A stretch of DNA of 64,000 nucleotides from the NCBI GenBank assembly GCA_035354275.1, contig DAOQAU010000001.1, forward strand, positions 42,377-106,376, in the 5' to 3' direction. The stretch's first letter is position 1. Each line of letters starts with the position of its first letter. The notes under the pieces were generated by a model. It was not told where the DNA came from. It did not search any database and saw only the letters and a program-made list of their open reading frames with translations. The position numbers and the translations under genes are program-made. Below, piece after piece: positions 19,323-29,603 of this stretch. The stretch is from Candidatus Gastranaerophilaceae bacterium. Its GTDB lineage: Bacteria; Cyanobacteriota; Vampirovibrionia; Gastranaerophilales; Gastranaerophilaceae.

Positions 19323-20345
19323 TTAAGCTTGATTTTCTTTTTCTTTAATTTCGTCTTCTTTTTCTTTAGCTGTTTGTTCGCCTTCTGCAATTTTATCAGT
19401 AGGTTGTTCGATTGACTCTTTTGCTTCTTCTACAGCCGCTTTTGCATCTTCAGCCTCTTTTTCTGCGACTTCGCCAATTCCTCTTATTTCAGCCTTTATT
19501 TCTGCATTTTTGTCTTTCTTGCCACCGAACAAACCAAATAAAGCTGCTGCTGCAACACCAACTCCAATAACGGCAACGGCAAGAAGAGCAGGGCTAAACG
19601 CTGCAGCACCGACAACTCCGACAACAGCTCCAGTTGTTGCGTCAACAACTGCTGTTCCAGCAAGCTGAACGGCTATTAAAGATTTTACCCCGACTACCGC
19701 TGCTGCACCAATTCCTCCTACTGCCAATGAACCCAATCCGATTTTTGCCAGTAAACTTTTTTTCCCTGATTTACCTTTTTTTACTTTAGCAAGTATATCT
19801 TTAACTGCGGAATCTGTTGTATCAATATCTTTTGAAACTTTACCAATTTTATCAGCATTAGTCTGAATATCTTCTCCTAAAGAATCTAAAGCAGATGATT
19901 TTTCTTCCAATTTACTTGACGCCTCTGTGTTGTCTGAATTTTGTCCGGTATTATCTTCTGAATCTTCTGTACCGGCTAAATTTAAAGAATACGCACTATT
20001 TTTACCGGCTCCGGTTCCATCTTCTGTCGATATTGATGAAATTTCATCCTTAAGTGTTTGTGCTTGCTCAGCTTTAGAAGAATTACCAGACACAAGTTGC
20101 GAAATGTAATTTGTCATTTCTTGAAATGCATCAACACATTTTTTCATAAGATCCTTTAACCCATCAAAAGAATCTTCTTCTTCGACCATTTCAGAATCAA
20201 TGACAGAATATTCAGCATTATCTATGGCTTCTTCTGCGGTTTTTCCTTCTGTGTTTTCAGTAGAACTTTCTTCTGTTGTCTTTACCTCTTCTTCATTTTC
20301 TATTTGATTAGTTTCAAGAGAATAGTTAAGTGGTTTTATATTCAT
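19323..20345 (-). CDS. Hypothetical acidic protein with a Gly/Ala/Val-rich membrane core
   Basis: 340 aa. The N-terminal 200 aa are E/D/S/T-rich. A ~75 aa G/A/V-rich hydrophobic block (GIGAAAVVGV...VGVAAAALFGLFGG) follows, then a charged helical tail. Confidence 0.55.
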   Translation of the reverse strand: MNIKPLNYSLETNQIENEEEVKTTEESSTENTEGKTAEEAIDNAEYSVIDSEMVEEEDSFDGLKDLMKKCVDAFQEMTNYISQLVSGNSSKAEQAQTLKDEISSISTEDGTGAGKNSAYSLNLAGTEDSEDNTGQNSDNTEASSKLEEKSSALDSLGEDIQTNADKIGKVSKDIDTTDSAVKDILAKVKKGKSGKKSLLAKIGLGSLAVGGIGAAAVVGVKSLIAVQLAGTAVVDATTGAVVGVVGAAAFSPALLAVAVIGVGVAAAALFGLFGGKKDKNAEIKAEIRGIGEVAEKEAEDAKAAVEEAKESIEQPTDKIAEGEQTAKEKEDEIKEKENQA

Positions 20346-20449
20346 CTTATACCTCCTTTTTTATATTTTTACGACATTTTAAGCAAAAAACTTTAGTTTT
20401 TTGTTAAGAGAAGTAAAACCGTTTTTAAATTGTCTTAAATGTAACAGAT

Positions 20450-20477
20450 TTGAAAATAAATTGTTTTAGTGTATTAT
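20450..20477 (+). promoter_or_regulatory. Candidate sigma70-type promoter for atpD-atpC
   Basis: TTGAAA, 16-nt spacer, TATTAT, about 35 nt upstream of the atpD ATG. Confidence 0.35.
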
Positions 20478-20501
20478 GGGATTAAGCAATAAGGAAGATG
20501 A

Positions 20502-21917
<1,416 letters not shown>

Positions 21918-21919
21918 AT

Positions 21920-22327
21920 ATGTCTGAACATAAATTACACCTTAAAATTACAACCCACGAAAAAGTGGTTTTTGACGCCGATGTGGATGAAATATATTCA
22001 AGAAGCATGCAGGGCGAATTCGGAATTTTACCCGATCACATTCCTTTTATGTGCGCTCTTGACATAGGTGTAACAAAAATTGTTATAGGCTCTGAAGTCC
22101 AATATTTTGCCATTATGGGCGGTGTTTTTCAACTTAAAGACAATCAAGCACTTATCTTAGCTCAAACCGCAGAAAACGGAAAAGACATTGATGCCACAAG
22201 AGCCAAAGAAGCTAAAGAACGTGCTCAGGCAAGATTAACCGAAAGCTCGGATGATATTGACATTAAACGCGCAGAAATTGCTCTTGCAAGAGCAATCATA
22301 AGATTAAAAGCCGCTTCGGGTAATTAA
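21920..22327 (+). CDS. atpC: F0F1 ATP synthase subunit epsilon
   Basis: 135 aa, immediately after beta. GEFGILPDHIPF motif. Confidence 0.92.
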   Translation: MSEHKLHLKITTHEKVVFDADVDEIYSRSMQGEFGILPDHIPFMCALDIGVTKIVIGSEVQYFAIMGGVFQLKDNQALILAQTAENGKDIDATRAKEAKERAQARLTESSDDIDIKRAEIALARAIIRLKAASGN

Positions 22328-22740
22328 TAAACTATCTGTACATGGACGGTTCTTGTTCTTGGACGGTTGTCAAAATCCACCAAAACAATCTGCTGCCATG
22401 TTCCAAGCTGCAATGCTCCGTCAATAAGCGGAACAGAAGTTGAATTACCCACGATTGCTGCCCTGACATGTGCATAGCCGTTTCCGTCATGCCATGTCGC
22501 ATCATGATGATATTCTATTCCTGTGGGTATAACCCTTTCTAACGCTTCAAATAAATCGACTAAAACACCCGGCTCAAATTCAATATTTGTAATCGAAACC
22601 GTACTTCCTGCCACATAAACCAAAACGGATGCATTTTGAAGCGAGTGTCTGTAAACACTGTTTTGGACATTTTTTGTAATGTCAATTATATCGGTGTGCC
22701 CCTTTGTGTTTACTACAAATTTTTCATTAATAACTGTCAT
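22324..22740 (-). CDS. yjbQ: YjbQ/UPF0047 family protein (secondary thiamine-phosphate synthase type)
   Basis: GNGYAHVRAAIVG and LQLGTWQQIVLVDFD motifs are typical of YjbQ. Confidence 0.85.
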   Translation of the reverse strand: MTVINEKFVVNTKGHTDIIDITKNVQNSVYRHSLQNASVLVYVAGSTVSITNIEFEPGVLVDLFEALERVIPTGIEYHHDATWHDGNGYAHVRAAIVGNSTSVPLIDGALQLGTWQQIVLVDFDNRPRTRTVHVQIVY

Positions 22741-22813
22741 TTTTAAATCCGTTTTTTATTACACTTTAATTTTAAAAAAGAAACAAAATAATTACAAGCT
22801 ATATGATAAAATC

Positions 22814-22851
22814 TAAAAAAAGCGGCGGATTTCTTAAAGAAATCCGCCGCT
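22814..22851 (-). terminator. Rho-independent terminator
   Basis: AGCGGCGGATTTCTT-A-AAGAAATCCGCCGCT, with a T-run on the minus strand. It is downstream of the gene ending at 22885. Confidence 0.75.
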
Positions 22852-22884
22852 TTAACCCATATCCCTTATCCCTTAAATCTATAA

Positions 22885-23154
22885 TTATTCTTTTGCAAAT
22901 AAATTTTTTATCTCAAAAAGAGAATCTTCTATGAATTCCATTGTTAACTGAAGAACACTTTTTTTCTCAATACAATCGAAAAGAAAATAGATAGGATCTT
23001 TTGAATTGTTAAATCTCATCCTATAATCAATTTTTTCTAAATATACAAAATCTTGAACCTGCTCCGAAGACGCCTGTTTTTTACGCTTGCGAAGAGGCTT
23101 GTATTTTCCGTTGCCGTTAGTATCATTTTTAGCACTGCTTGATGCCGTAATCAT
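22885..23154 (-). CDS. Hypothetical protein (89 aa)
   Basis: ORF followed by a terminator. I recognise no family. Confidence 0.4.
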   Translation of the reverse strand: MITASSSAKNDTNGNGKYKPLRKRKKQASSEQVQDFVYLEKIDYRMRFNNSKDPIYFLFDCIEKKSVLQLTMEFIEDSLFEIKNLFAKE

Positions 23155-23250
23155 TTTTTCTTCTCTCTCTTTATGTCTTATATATATAAAGAATATATAT
23201 TAACAAAAATTGCCTTTTTCGATTCGTTTTTGTAAACAAATGTTAAATAA

Positions 23251-23419
23251 GTGAGGGGGTAAATGTATTTAGCTGAATGGCTGAATGGGTGAACGGCTGA
23301 AAGGTTATTTTAGTTGAAAAGTCGAACAGTCGAATAGTTGAAAAGTTTTATATTAGTCGGGAAACAACAATTTGAACTTATTCACTTATTCACTTATTCA
23401 CTTTTTCACCCATTTACCC
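23251..23419. repeat. Largest composite of stop-rich 7/8-nt tandem tracts
   Basis: GTGAGGGGGTAAATG, then a CTGAATGG octamer run, then the 36-bp AGTTGAAAAGTCGAACAGTCGAATAGTTGAAAAGTT unit, then CTTATTCAC x3 TTTTTCACCCATTTACCCC running into the hydG stop codon. The ends are inverted copies of GGGGTAAATG. Confidence 0.85.
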
Positions 23420-24814
23420 CTAAACGTACAAATCTCTTGCACCGTTTTGGATTTTATCGAGGGTTTCTATGACTTTTGCTCTGATTTTTTCATCTTTTAT
23501 GTTATTTTTAATGTGATTTTCTATGGCTTCAAAACCTGCTTTTTTAGTTTCTTCACTAGCATAGTCATTAAGATATTCGGCAAAAGTAGCCACCGCATTA
23601 GGATCGCAAAATCTTTGAATTAAACCGACTTGCGCCAAATCCATAAAATCTTTTCCCACCCTTCCCAATCTGTAACAGCTTGTGCAAAAGCTGGGAATAA
23701 AGCCATGTTGTGCTAACTCTTCTACAATTTCATCCAGTGAGCGGGTGTCGCCCATGGTGAACTGTTCGGTTGAATTTTCATCAGAGTATCCGCCGGGGTT
23801 TGTTTTTGAACCTGCGCTGATTTGAGAAATTCCCAATTCAATAACTTCTCTTCTCACTTGGGCAGACTCCCTTGTGGTCAAAATCATGCCGGTGTAGGGC
23901 ACAGCAAGTCTTAATATCGCAACTATTTTCTTAAACTGCTTATCGTTAATTGCATGAGGCGGATTTTTTGATAAATCCGAACCTGAAGCAGGCTCAATCC
24001 TTGGAACAGAAAGCGTATGAGGTCCGACTCCGTATTTATTTAACAAATATTTTGAGTGTTCAATAAGAGCTAAAACTTCAAACCTGTAATCACAAAGCCC
24101 GAATAATGCACCCATACCGAAATCCTGAATCCCGCCTTCTATTGCCCTGTCCATTGTTTCCAAACGCCATTGATAATTTGCCTTAGGTCCTGAAAGGTGC
24201 ATTTTTTTGTAAACATCGGGGTGATAAGTTTCCTGAAAAGACTGGAAAGTCCCGATGCCAAAAGAAGCAAGACGCTTGAATTCTTCTGTTTTCAACGGAG
24301 CCATATTAACGTTAATTCTTCTAACTTCGCCGTTCATTATTTTCTTTTCGTAAATTTTATCAATAATTTCTTTTATATAATCAAGATTGCACTGGTTTGT
24401 ATCTTCGCCTGCCACAAGCAAAATTCTTTTGTGCCCCATATTTATTATCTGTTCTGCCTCATGCACGGCCTCATCAAATGTAAGTTTTCTTCTTTTAATT
24501 TCTTTGTTGTCACGGCGGAAACCGCAGTAAAGACAATTATTACAGCAATAATTTGAAAGATAAAGCGGTGCAAAAAGAACTATTCTTTTGCCGTAAATTC
24601 CTTCTTTAACTTTTTTTGCCGTTCTAAAAAGTTTATTCAAAAGATTTTCGTCTTCAAGATTCAAAAGAACTGCTATTTCTTCGGTTCCAAGTCCTTTTAA
24701 TTCCAATGATTTTGTAAGGATTTCATTAACCCTTTTTTCATCCCCTTTTAATTCCAAATAAGAATTAATTTTAGCTACATCAATAATATTCATAATAAAA
24801 TTCTCCTCTAACAC
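23420..24814 (-). CDS. hydG: [FeFe]-hydrogenase maturase HydG (radical SAM tyrosine lyase)
   Basis: CNNCLYC radical SAM CX3CX2C motif, plus a C-terminal CTSC-(22 aa)-C. I counted this CX2CX22C motif directly; it distinguishes HydG from ThiH. Confidence 0.85.
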   Translation of the reverse strand: MLEENFIMNIIDVAKINSYLELKGDEKRVNEILTKSLELKGLGTEEIAVLLNLEDENLLNKLFRTAKKVKEGIYGKRIVLFAPLYLSNYCCNNCLYCGFRRDNKEIKRRKLTFDEAVHEAEQIINMGHKRILLVAGEDTNQCNLDYIKEIIDKIYEKKIMNGEVRRINVNMAPLKTEEFKRLASFGIGTFQSFQETYHPDVYKKMHLSGPKANYQWRLETMDRAIEGGIQDFGMGALFGLCDYRFEVLALIEHSKYLLNKYGVGPHTLSVPRIEPASGSDLSKNPPHAINDKQFKKIVAILRLAVPYTGMILTTRESAQVRREVIELGISQISAGSKTNPGGYSDENSTEQFTMGDTRSLDEIVEELAQHGFIPSFCTSCYRLGRVGKDFMDLAQVGLIQRFCDPNAVATFAEYLNDYASEETKKAGFEAIENHIKNNIKDEKIRAKVIETLDKIQNGARDLYV

Positions 24815-24883
24815 AATAGTACAACTTTAAAAATAAAATGCACGTAAAAAAATCATAAAAATTTTTTAAAACAGCTAAAAAAT

Positions 24884-25747
24884 TTAAATTTCGCAGGCTT
24901 CGGCAATGGCATTAAATATTTTATCGGTAATGACTTCAATATAATCAACAGCAACCATTCCGTTTATAATAACATCAGAAATCTCCATTGCAGGTCTAAT
25001 GTAGCGTTGCGCGGTATGATTCACATCGGCAAACATCATATCTGCAGCTTCTCCGGTTTTTCCTCGTGTAGCTGCACGATTGTACCAACGATCTTTTATT
25101 ACATCAATCGGAGTAAACACATAAACCCTTATGTCCATTATCTCCCTTAAGTCTTCATTCAAAACATAAAGCCCTTCATTTAAGATTACTTTAGCGGGCT
25201 TTTTAACTTCGCCGTCAGATTTTGAAACGCAGGTTACAAAATCATAGTTGGGCGAAACAACGGTATTGCCCTGTTTTAGTTCAATTAAATGCTGTTTCAT
25301 CAAATCAAGATTAACTGCTTTTGGCGTATCAAAACTAAAACCTGTTTTAAATAAAGCTTCGTAGCTTCCCGCATCAATAAGTTCTTTTGAAGTATCATAA
25401 AAATAATCATCGCAACGAATTACGGTATAAATTCCTTCTTTTTTTTCTTTAACGCATGCTTTTACGGTGTTATCGACAAAAGTGGTTTTACCCGAAGCCG
25501 ATTCTCCTGCAATTCCTATAAGAAAAGTCTTTTTCTTATCATGCACGACTCTTTTTGCTATATCAAAAAGAAAATTATTAGTTGTACGCAAAAACAAAGG
25601 CTGTTTTTCTTTTCTGTCTTCGGCAATAATTTTATTTAAGGAGTCAACTATATTAGCCACCAATTCCATTTCATGACGGCTTGAATAAAAATCGTAATTT
25701 GTTAAATTAAAATTGCTTTGCAACATCCTATCCGAAGTTTCTTCCAT
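24884..25747 (-). CDS. Uridine kinase / phosphoribulokinase family P-loop kinase, paralog 2
   Basis: GIAGESASGKTT P-loop, CDDYFYD, and the same architecture and length as 18206-19060. Confidence 0.7.
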   Translation of the reverse strand: MEETSDRMLQSNFNLTNYDFYSSRHEMELVANIVDSLNKIIAEDRKEKQPLFLRTTNNFLFDIAKRVVHDKKKTFLIGIAGESASGKTTFVDNTVKACVKEKKEGIYTVIRCDDYFYDTSKELIDAGSYEALFKTGFSFDTPKAVNLDLMKQHLIELKQGNTVVSPNYDFVTCVSKSDGEVKKPAKVILNEGLYVLNEDLREIMDIRVYVFTPIDVIKDRWYNRAATRGKTGEAADMMFADVNHTAQRYIRPAMEISDVIINGMVAVDYIEVITDKIFNAIAEACEI

Positions 25748-25908
25748 ACTTACAACAACATCATAACTTAAACTATTTTATTTTTCCGCTTTTGGCAACA
25801 TGGAAAAATACAAAAATTTACAATTTTTTACTGTTAAAAATATACTTTACTTAAAATTATGTGTCTATTAAAATAAAAGAAAGCCGTACTTAAAAAAGGA
25901 GCGAGAAA

Positions 25909-27114
25909 ATGAAAAAATCAATAAAGGATTTAGGCGACATAAAAGGCAAAAGGGCACTGGTGAGAGTTGATGTTAACGTTCCTCTCGACGAAAACAAAAA
26001 CGTGACAGACGACACAAGAATTCAGGCTATTATTCCGACAATAAAGTTTTTACAGGAAAAAGGCGCAAAAATAATTCTCATGGCGCATTTGGGAAGACCA
26101 AAAGGCGAATGGAATATGGAATTTACACTTGCTCCTGTTGCAAAAAAACTTTCTAAAGTCTTAGGACAAGAGGTTTTATTCATTTCAACTCCGATAGGTC
26201 AAGGTGCCGAAAAAGATTTAACAGAGCTTAAAGACGGTCAGGTTGCCTTATTGGAAAATATTCGTTTTTATAAAGCCGAAGAAGCAAAAGACGATGACAT
26301 GACATTTGCCAAAGAACTTGCAAAACTAGGCGATTTTTACGTTAATGATGCTTTCGGTGCTGCGCACAGAAATCACACTTCAACATCAAAACTTGCAAAA
26401 GTTTTAAAACCGGCTGTTTCAGGATTTTTAATGGAAAAAGAAATAAGATGTCTGGGAAATGCCCTTAATAATCCCGTAAAACCTTTTACCGCAATAGTAG
26501 GCGGTGCTAAAGTTTCGACCAAAATCGGGGTTTTGGAAAACTTAATCGATAAAGTGGACAACCTGATAATCGGCGGGGGCATGGCTTACACGTTTGTCAA
26601 AGCAAACGGCGGCAAAATCGGAAATTCAATCTGCGAAGACGACCAGCTTGAAGTCGCAAAAGAAGTAGAGAAAAAAGCTGCCGCAAAAGGCGTTAAAATA
26701 ATTATGGCAAAAGATGTTCTTGTAACAGACGATTTTTCAGGAAACGGTACAAACAAAATCGTAGATGTTTATGAAATCCCCGACGGCTTTGAAGGAGTTG
26801 ACGCAGGCCCTGAAACTCAAAAAGCGTTTGAAGCTGTAATCAAAACCTCAAAAACAATTCTTTGGAACGGGCCTGTAGGTGCGTTTGAAAACGACAAATT
26901 TACTCAAGGCACAAAAGCTGTTGCACTTGCGGTTCAAGAAGCCACAAAAAACGGCGCGGTAAGCGTTCTTGGAGGCGGCGATACCGTTGCGGCGGTTAAA
27001 AAATACAAATTGGATGAAAATACTTTCACCCACATTTCAACAGGCGGCGGCGCAAGCCTTGAATTTATCGAAGGCAAAGTGCTTCCTGGCGTTGACGCTT
27101 TAGATGATAAATAA
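25909..27114 (+). CDS. pgk: Phosphoglycerate kinase (canonical copy)
   Basis: 401 aa. RVDVNVPL, MAHLGRPKG, NDAFGAAHR and GGGDT motifs. No N-terminal extension. Confidence 0.96.
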   Translation: MKKSIKDLGDIKGKRALVRVDVNVPLDENKNVTDDTRIQAIIPTIKFLQEKGAKIILMAHLGRPKGEWNMEFTLAPVAKKLSKVLGQEVLFISTPIGQGAEKDLTELKDGQVALLENIRFYKAEEAKDDDMTFAKELAKLGDFYVNDAFGAAHRNHTSTSKLAKVLKPAVSGFLMEKEIRCLGNALNNPVKPFTAIVGGAKVSTKIGVLENLIDKVDNLIIGGGMAYTFVKANGGKIGNSICEDDQLEVAKEVEKKAAAKGVKIIMAKDVLVTDDFSGNGTNKIVDVYEIPDGFEGVDAGPETQKAFEAVIKTSKTILWNGPVGAFENDKFTQGTKAVALAVQEATKNGAVSVLGGGDTVAAVKKYKLDENTFTHISTGGGASLEFIEGKVLPGVDALDDK

Positions 27115-28897
27115 CATGATTGAATTACTGGCACCTGCTAAAGATAAAATATGTGCTAAAGCAGCAATAGATTTCGGTGCAGATGCAATATACATAGGTG
27201 CAAGCGAATTCGGGGCAAGAAAAAACGCCCCGAATTCGCTTGCTGATATTGAAGAAATTGTTCAATATGCCCATAAATTTAATGTAAAAGTTTATGCTGC
27301 GGTAAACACAATTTTAACCGATGAAGAAATTAAGAGGGCAGAAAAACTAATTGAAGATTTATCAAAAATCGGCATTGACGCGATAATAATACAGGATATG
27401 GGCTTACTTTCAGCAATAAAAGCCAATAATATTTGCTGCCATGCCTCAACCCAATGCGATAATACAACGGCCGAAAAAGTTAAATTTCTTGAAAGTATAG
27501 GGTTTTCAAGAGTAATTTTGGCGCGGGAACTCTCGATTGAACAAATTAGAGAAATAAAAAAGCAAACCAATCTTGAACTGGAAGCCTTTATCCATGGTGC
27601 ATTATGTGTTTCATACAGCGGAAAATGTTACCTAAGTTATGCCATAGGCGGACGCTCGGCAAACAAGGGCGAGTGTGCCCAGCCTTGCAGAAAAAAATAT
27701 TCACTCATTGACGAAAAAGGAAATTACCTCGCAAAAGACAGATATTTGCTTAATTTAAAAGATTTTAACGCCTCAAATTACATAAAAGAATTAGCTGAAG
27801 CAGGCGTTACATCATTTAAAATTGAAGGAAGATTAAAAGACGAAAATTACGTAAAAAATGTCGTCGCATATTACAGAAAACTAATCGACGATTTAGATTA
27901 CCAAAAAACATCGTCTGGTAAAATATTATTTGATTTTGAACCCGATTTGAATAAAAGTTTTAACAGAGGCTTTACGGATTATTTTCTCGAAGGCAAAAGA
28001 AAAAAATGCTTTGACTTTGACAGCCCAAAATCAAAAGGTGAATACATCGGAGAGGTTACGAAAATCAAAAAAGATAACTTTGAAATCACGTCACCCCTCA
28101 CCCTTCACCCTTCACATCTTTTTTCCCAAGACGGCTTATGTTTTATGTACAACGGCGAAATTCAGGGCTGTCTTGTAAACAAGGTTGAAAATAACAAAAT
28201 ATTTCCCAACAAAATGAATGGGGTTAAAATCGGGACAAAAATTTATCGAAATTTGGATTCTGAATTTGAAAAAAAACTAAAAAATTCAAAAACACAAAGA
28301 AAAATAGGGGTTAATTTAACTTTTGAATCAGATAAAATCACCGCAGTTGATGAGGACGGAAATATTACCAAAATTAATTATGCTTATGAAGAACTTGCTA
28401 AAAACAGCATAAAAGCAAAAGAAACAATAATTAAACAGCTTAAAAAATCGGGAGATAGTGATTTTGAAGTTGAAGATGTAACTATAAACATTAACAAGAT
28501 GCCCTTTTTGCCTGTTTCAAAACTAAACGAACTTCGCCGCGAATTGCTTGAAAAATTGATGAAAAAACGCCTACAAAACTATTCCCCTATACATCATCCT
28601 GAACCAATTTCAGAATCTCATCAACCCTTAAATCAAACAATCAATTATCAAGGCAATATTTTAAACAAAAAAGCAAATATTTTTTACGAAAAACACGGAT
28701 GCAAAATTGTTGAATCCGCACTTGAAAGTGGTAAAATTCCTGTTTGCGGTAAAATAGTTATGACCACAAAACATTGTCTGAAATCGGCTTTTAATATGTG
28801 CAAATCAAGTGAAAAGATGTTTTTGGTTGATGAAAAGGGCAAAAAATATTCGCTAAAATTTAATTGCGATAAATGTGAGATGGAAGTTATTTTTTAA
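27104..28897 (+). CDS. Peptidase U32 family protein
   Basis: ELLAPA...AIDFGADAIYIG..FGAR N-terminus and the E.F.HGALC.SYSG.C motif are typical of U32 proteins. Confidence 0.85.
   Translation: MINNMIELLAPAKDKICAKAAIDFGADAIYIGASEFGARKNAPNSLADIEEIVQYAHKFNVKVYAAVNTILTDEEIKRAEKLIEDLSKIGIDAIIIQDMGLLSAIKANNICCHASTQCDNTTAEKVKFLESIGFSRVILARELSIEQIREIKKQTNLELEAFIHGALCVSYSGKCYLSYAIGGRSANKGECAQPCRKKYSLIDEKGNYLAKDRYLLNLKDFNASNYIKELAEAGVTSFKIEGRLKDENYVKNVVAYYRKLIDDLDYQKTSSGKILFDFEPDLNKSFNRGFTDYFLEGKRKKCFDFDSPKSKGEYIGEVTKIKKDNFEITSPLTLHPSHLFSQDGLCFMYNGEIQGCLVNKVENNKIFPNKMNGVKIGTKIYRNLDSEFEKKLKNSKTQRKIGVNLTFESDKITAVDEDGNITKINYAYEELAKNSIKAKETIIKQLKKSGDSDFEVEDVTININKMPFLPVSKLNELRRELLEKLMKKRLQNYSPIHHPEPISESHQPLNQTINYQGNILNKKANIFYEKHGCKIVESALESGKIPVCGKIVMTTKHCLKSAFNMCKSSEKMFLVDEKGKKYSLKFNCDKCEMEVIF
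28087..28118 (+). repeat. Heptamer tract (TCACCCY x4) embedded in-frame in the U32 gene
   Basis: CACGTCACCCCTCACCCTTCACCCTTCACATC encodes TSPLTLHPSH. Confidence 0.8.
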
Positions 28898-28910
28898 AAA
28901 AGGTTAATCA

Positions 28911-29603
28911 ATGTCATATAGGGGAAAAAAATTACTAAAAATAATGCAAAATGCTAATAATTACAATAATTTTGTAATTAATTTAATTTTAAAATCAATC
29001 GTTGATAAAAACTTTAAAACCCTTGATTTTGGAGCAGGATATGGTTTTTTTGCTAATCTTTTAAGAAAAAGCGGGGTTAGTAATATCAAATGTGTCGAAA
29101 TAGACGAAGAATTAAGCGAACATTGCAAAAATCTTGATTTTTTTGTGTTTAAGAATCTGCATGACATAGAAAATAACTCTTATGATTTTATTTATACCCT
29201 TAATGTTCTTGAGCATATCAGAGATGACAAAGCGGTTTTACTTGCACTAAAAGCAAAATTGAAAAAAGAAGGGAAAATTTTTATTTATGTTCCTGCTTTT
29301 AAATTATTATATTCATCCTTTGACAAAAAAATTCGCCACTGCAGAAGGTACAAAAAAGAAGATTTGATTCCGTTTTTAGAAAACAACGGATTTGAAATTT
29401 TAAATGCAAAATATGTTGACAGTTTTGGGTTTTTCTTAGCTCTAATATACAAATTTATAAACAAAAACGACGGTGAAATTAATATGTTAAGCGTTAAAAT
29501 ATTTGATAAAATTTTATTCCCTGTCGGAAGAATTTTTGACAAAATTATCTTTGAAAAATTTTTAGGGAAAAACCTTATTGTAGAAGCAAAACTTATTCAA
29601 TAA
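28911..29603 (+). CDS. Class I SAM-dependent methyltransferase
   Basis: LDFGAGYGFFA motif I, and a DFIYTLNVLEHI motif. Confidence 0.72.
   Translation: MSYRGKKLLKIMQNANNYNNFVINLILKSIVDKNFKTLDFGAGYGFFANLLRKSGVSNIKCVEIDEELSEHCKNLDFFVFKNLHDIENNSYDFIYTLNVLEHIRDDKAVLLALKAKLKKEGKIFIYVPAFKLLYSSFDKKIRHCRRYKKEDLIPFLENNGFEILNAKYVDSFGFFLALIYKFINKNDGEINMLSVKIFDKILFPVGRIFDKIIFEKFLGKNLIVEAKLIQ

Noticed and set aside
23251-23419. Possibility that the tandem tracts are CRISPR arrays
   Set aside because: The period is only 7-8 nt, with no unique spacers, no 25-40 nt repeats and no cas genes in the window.
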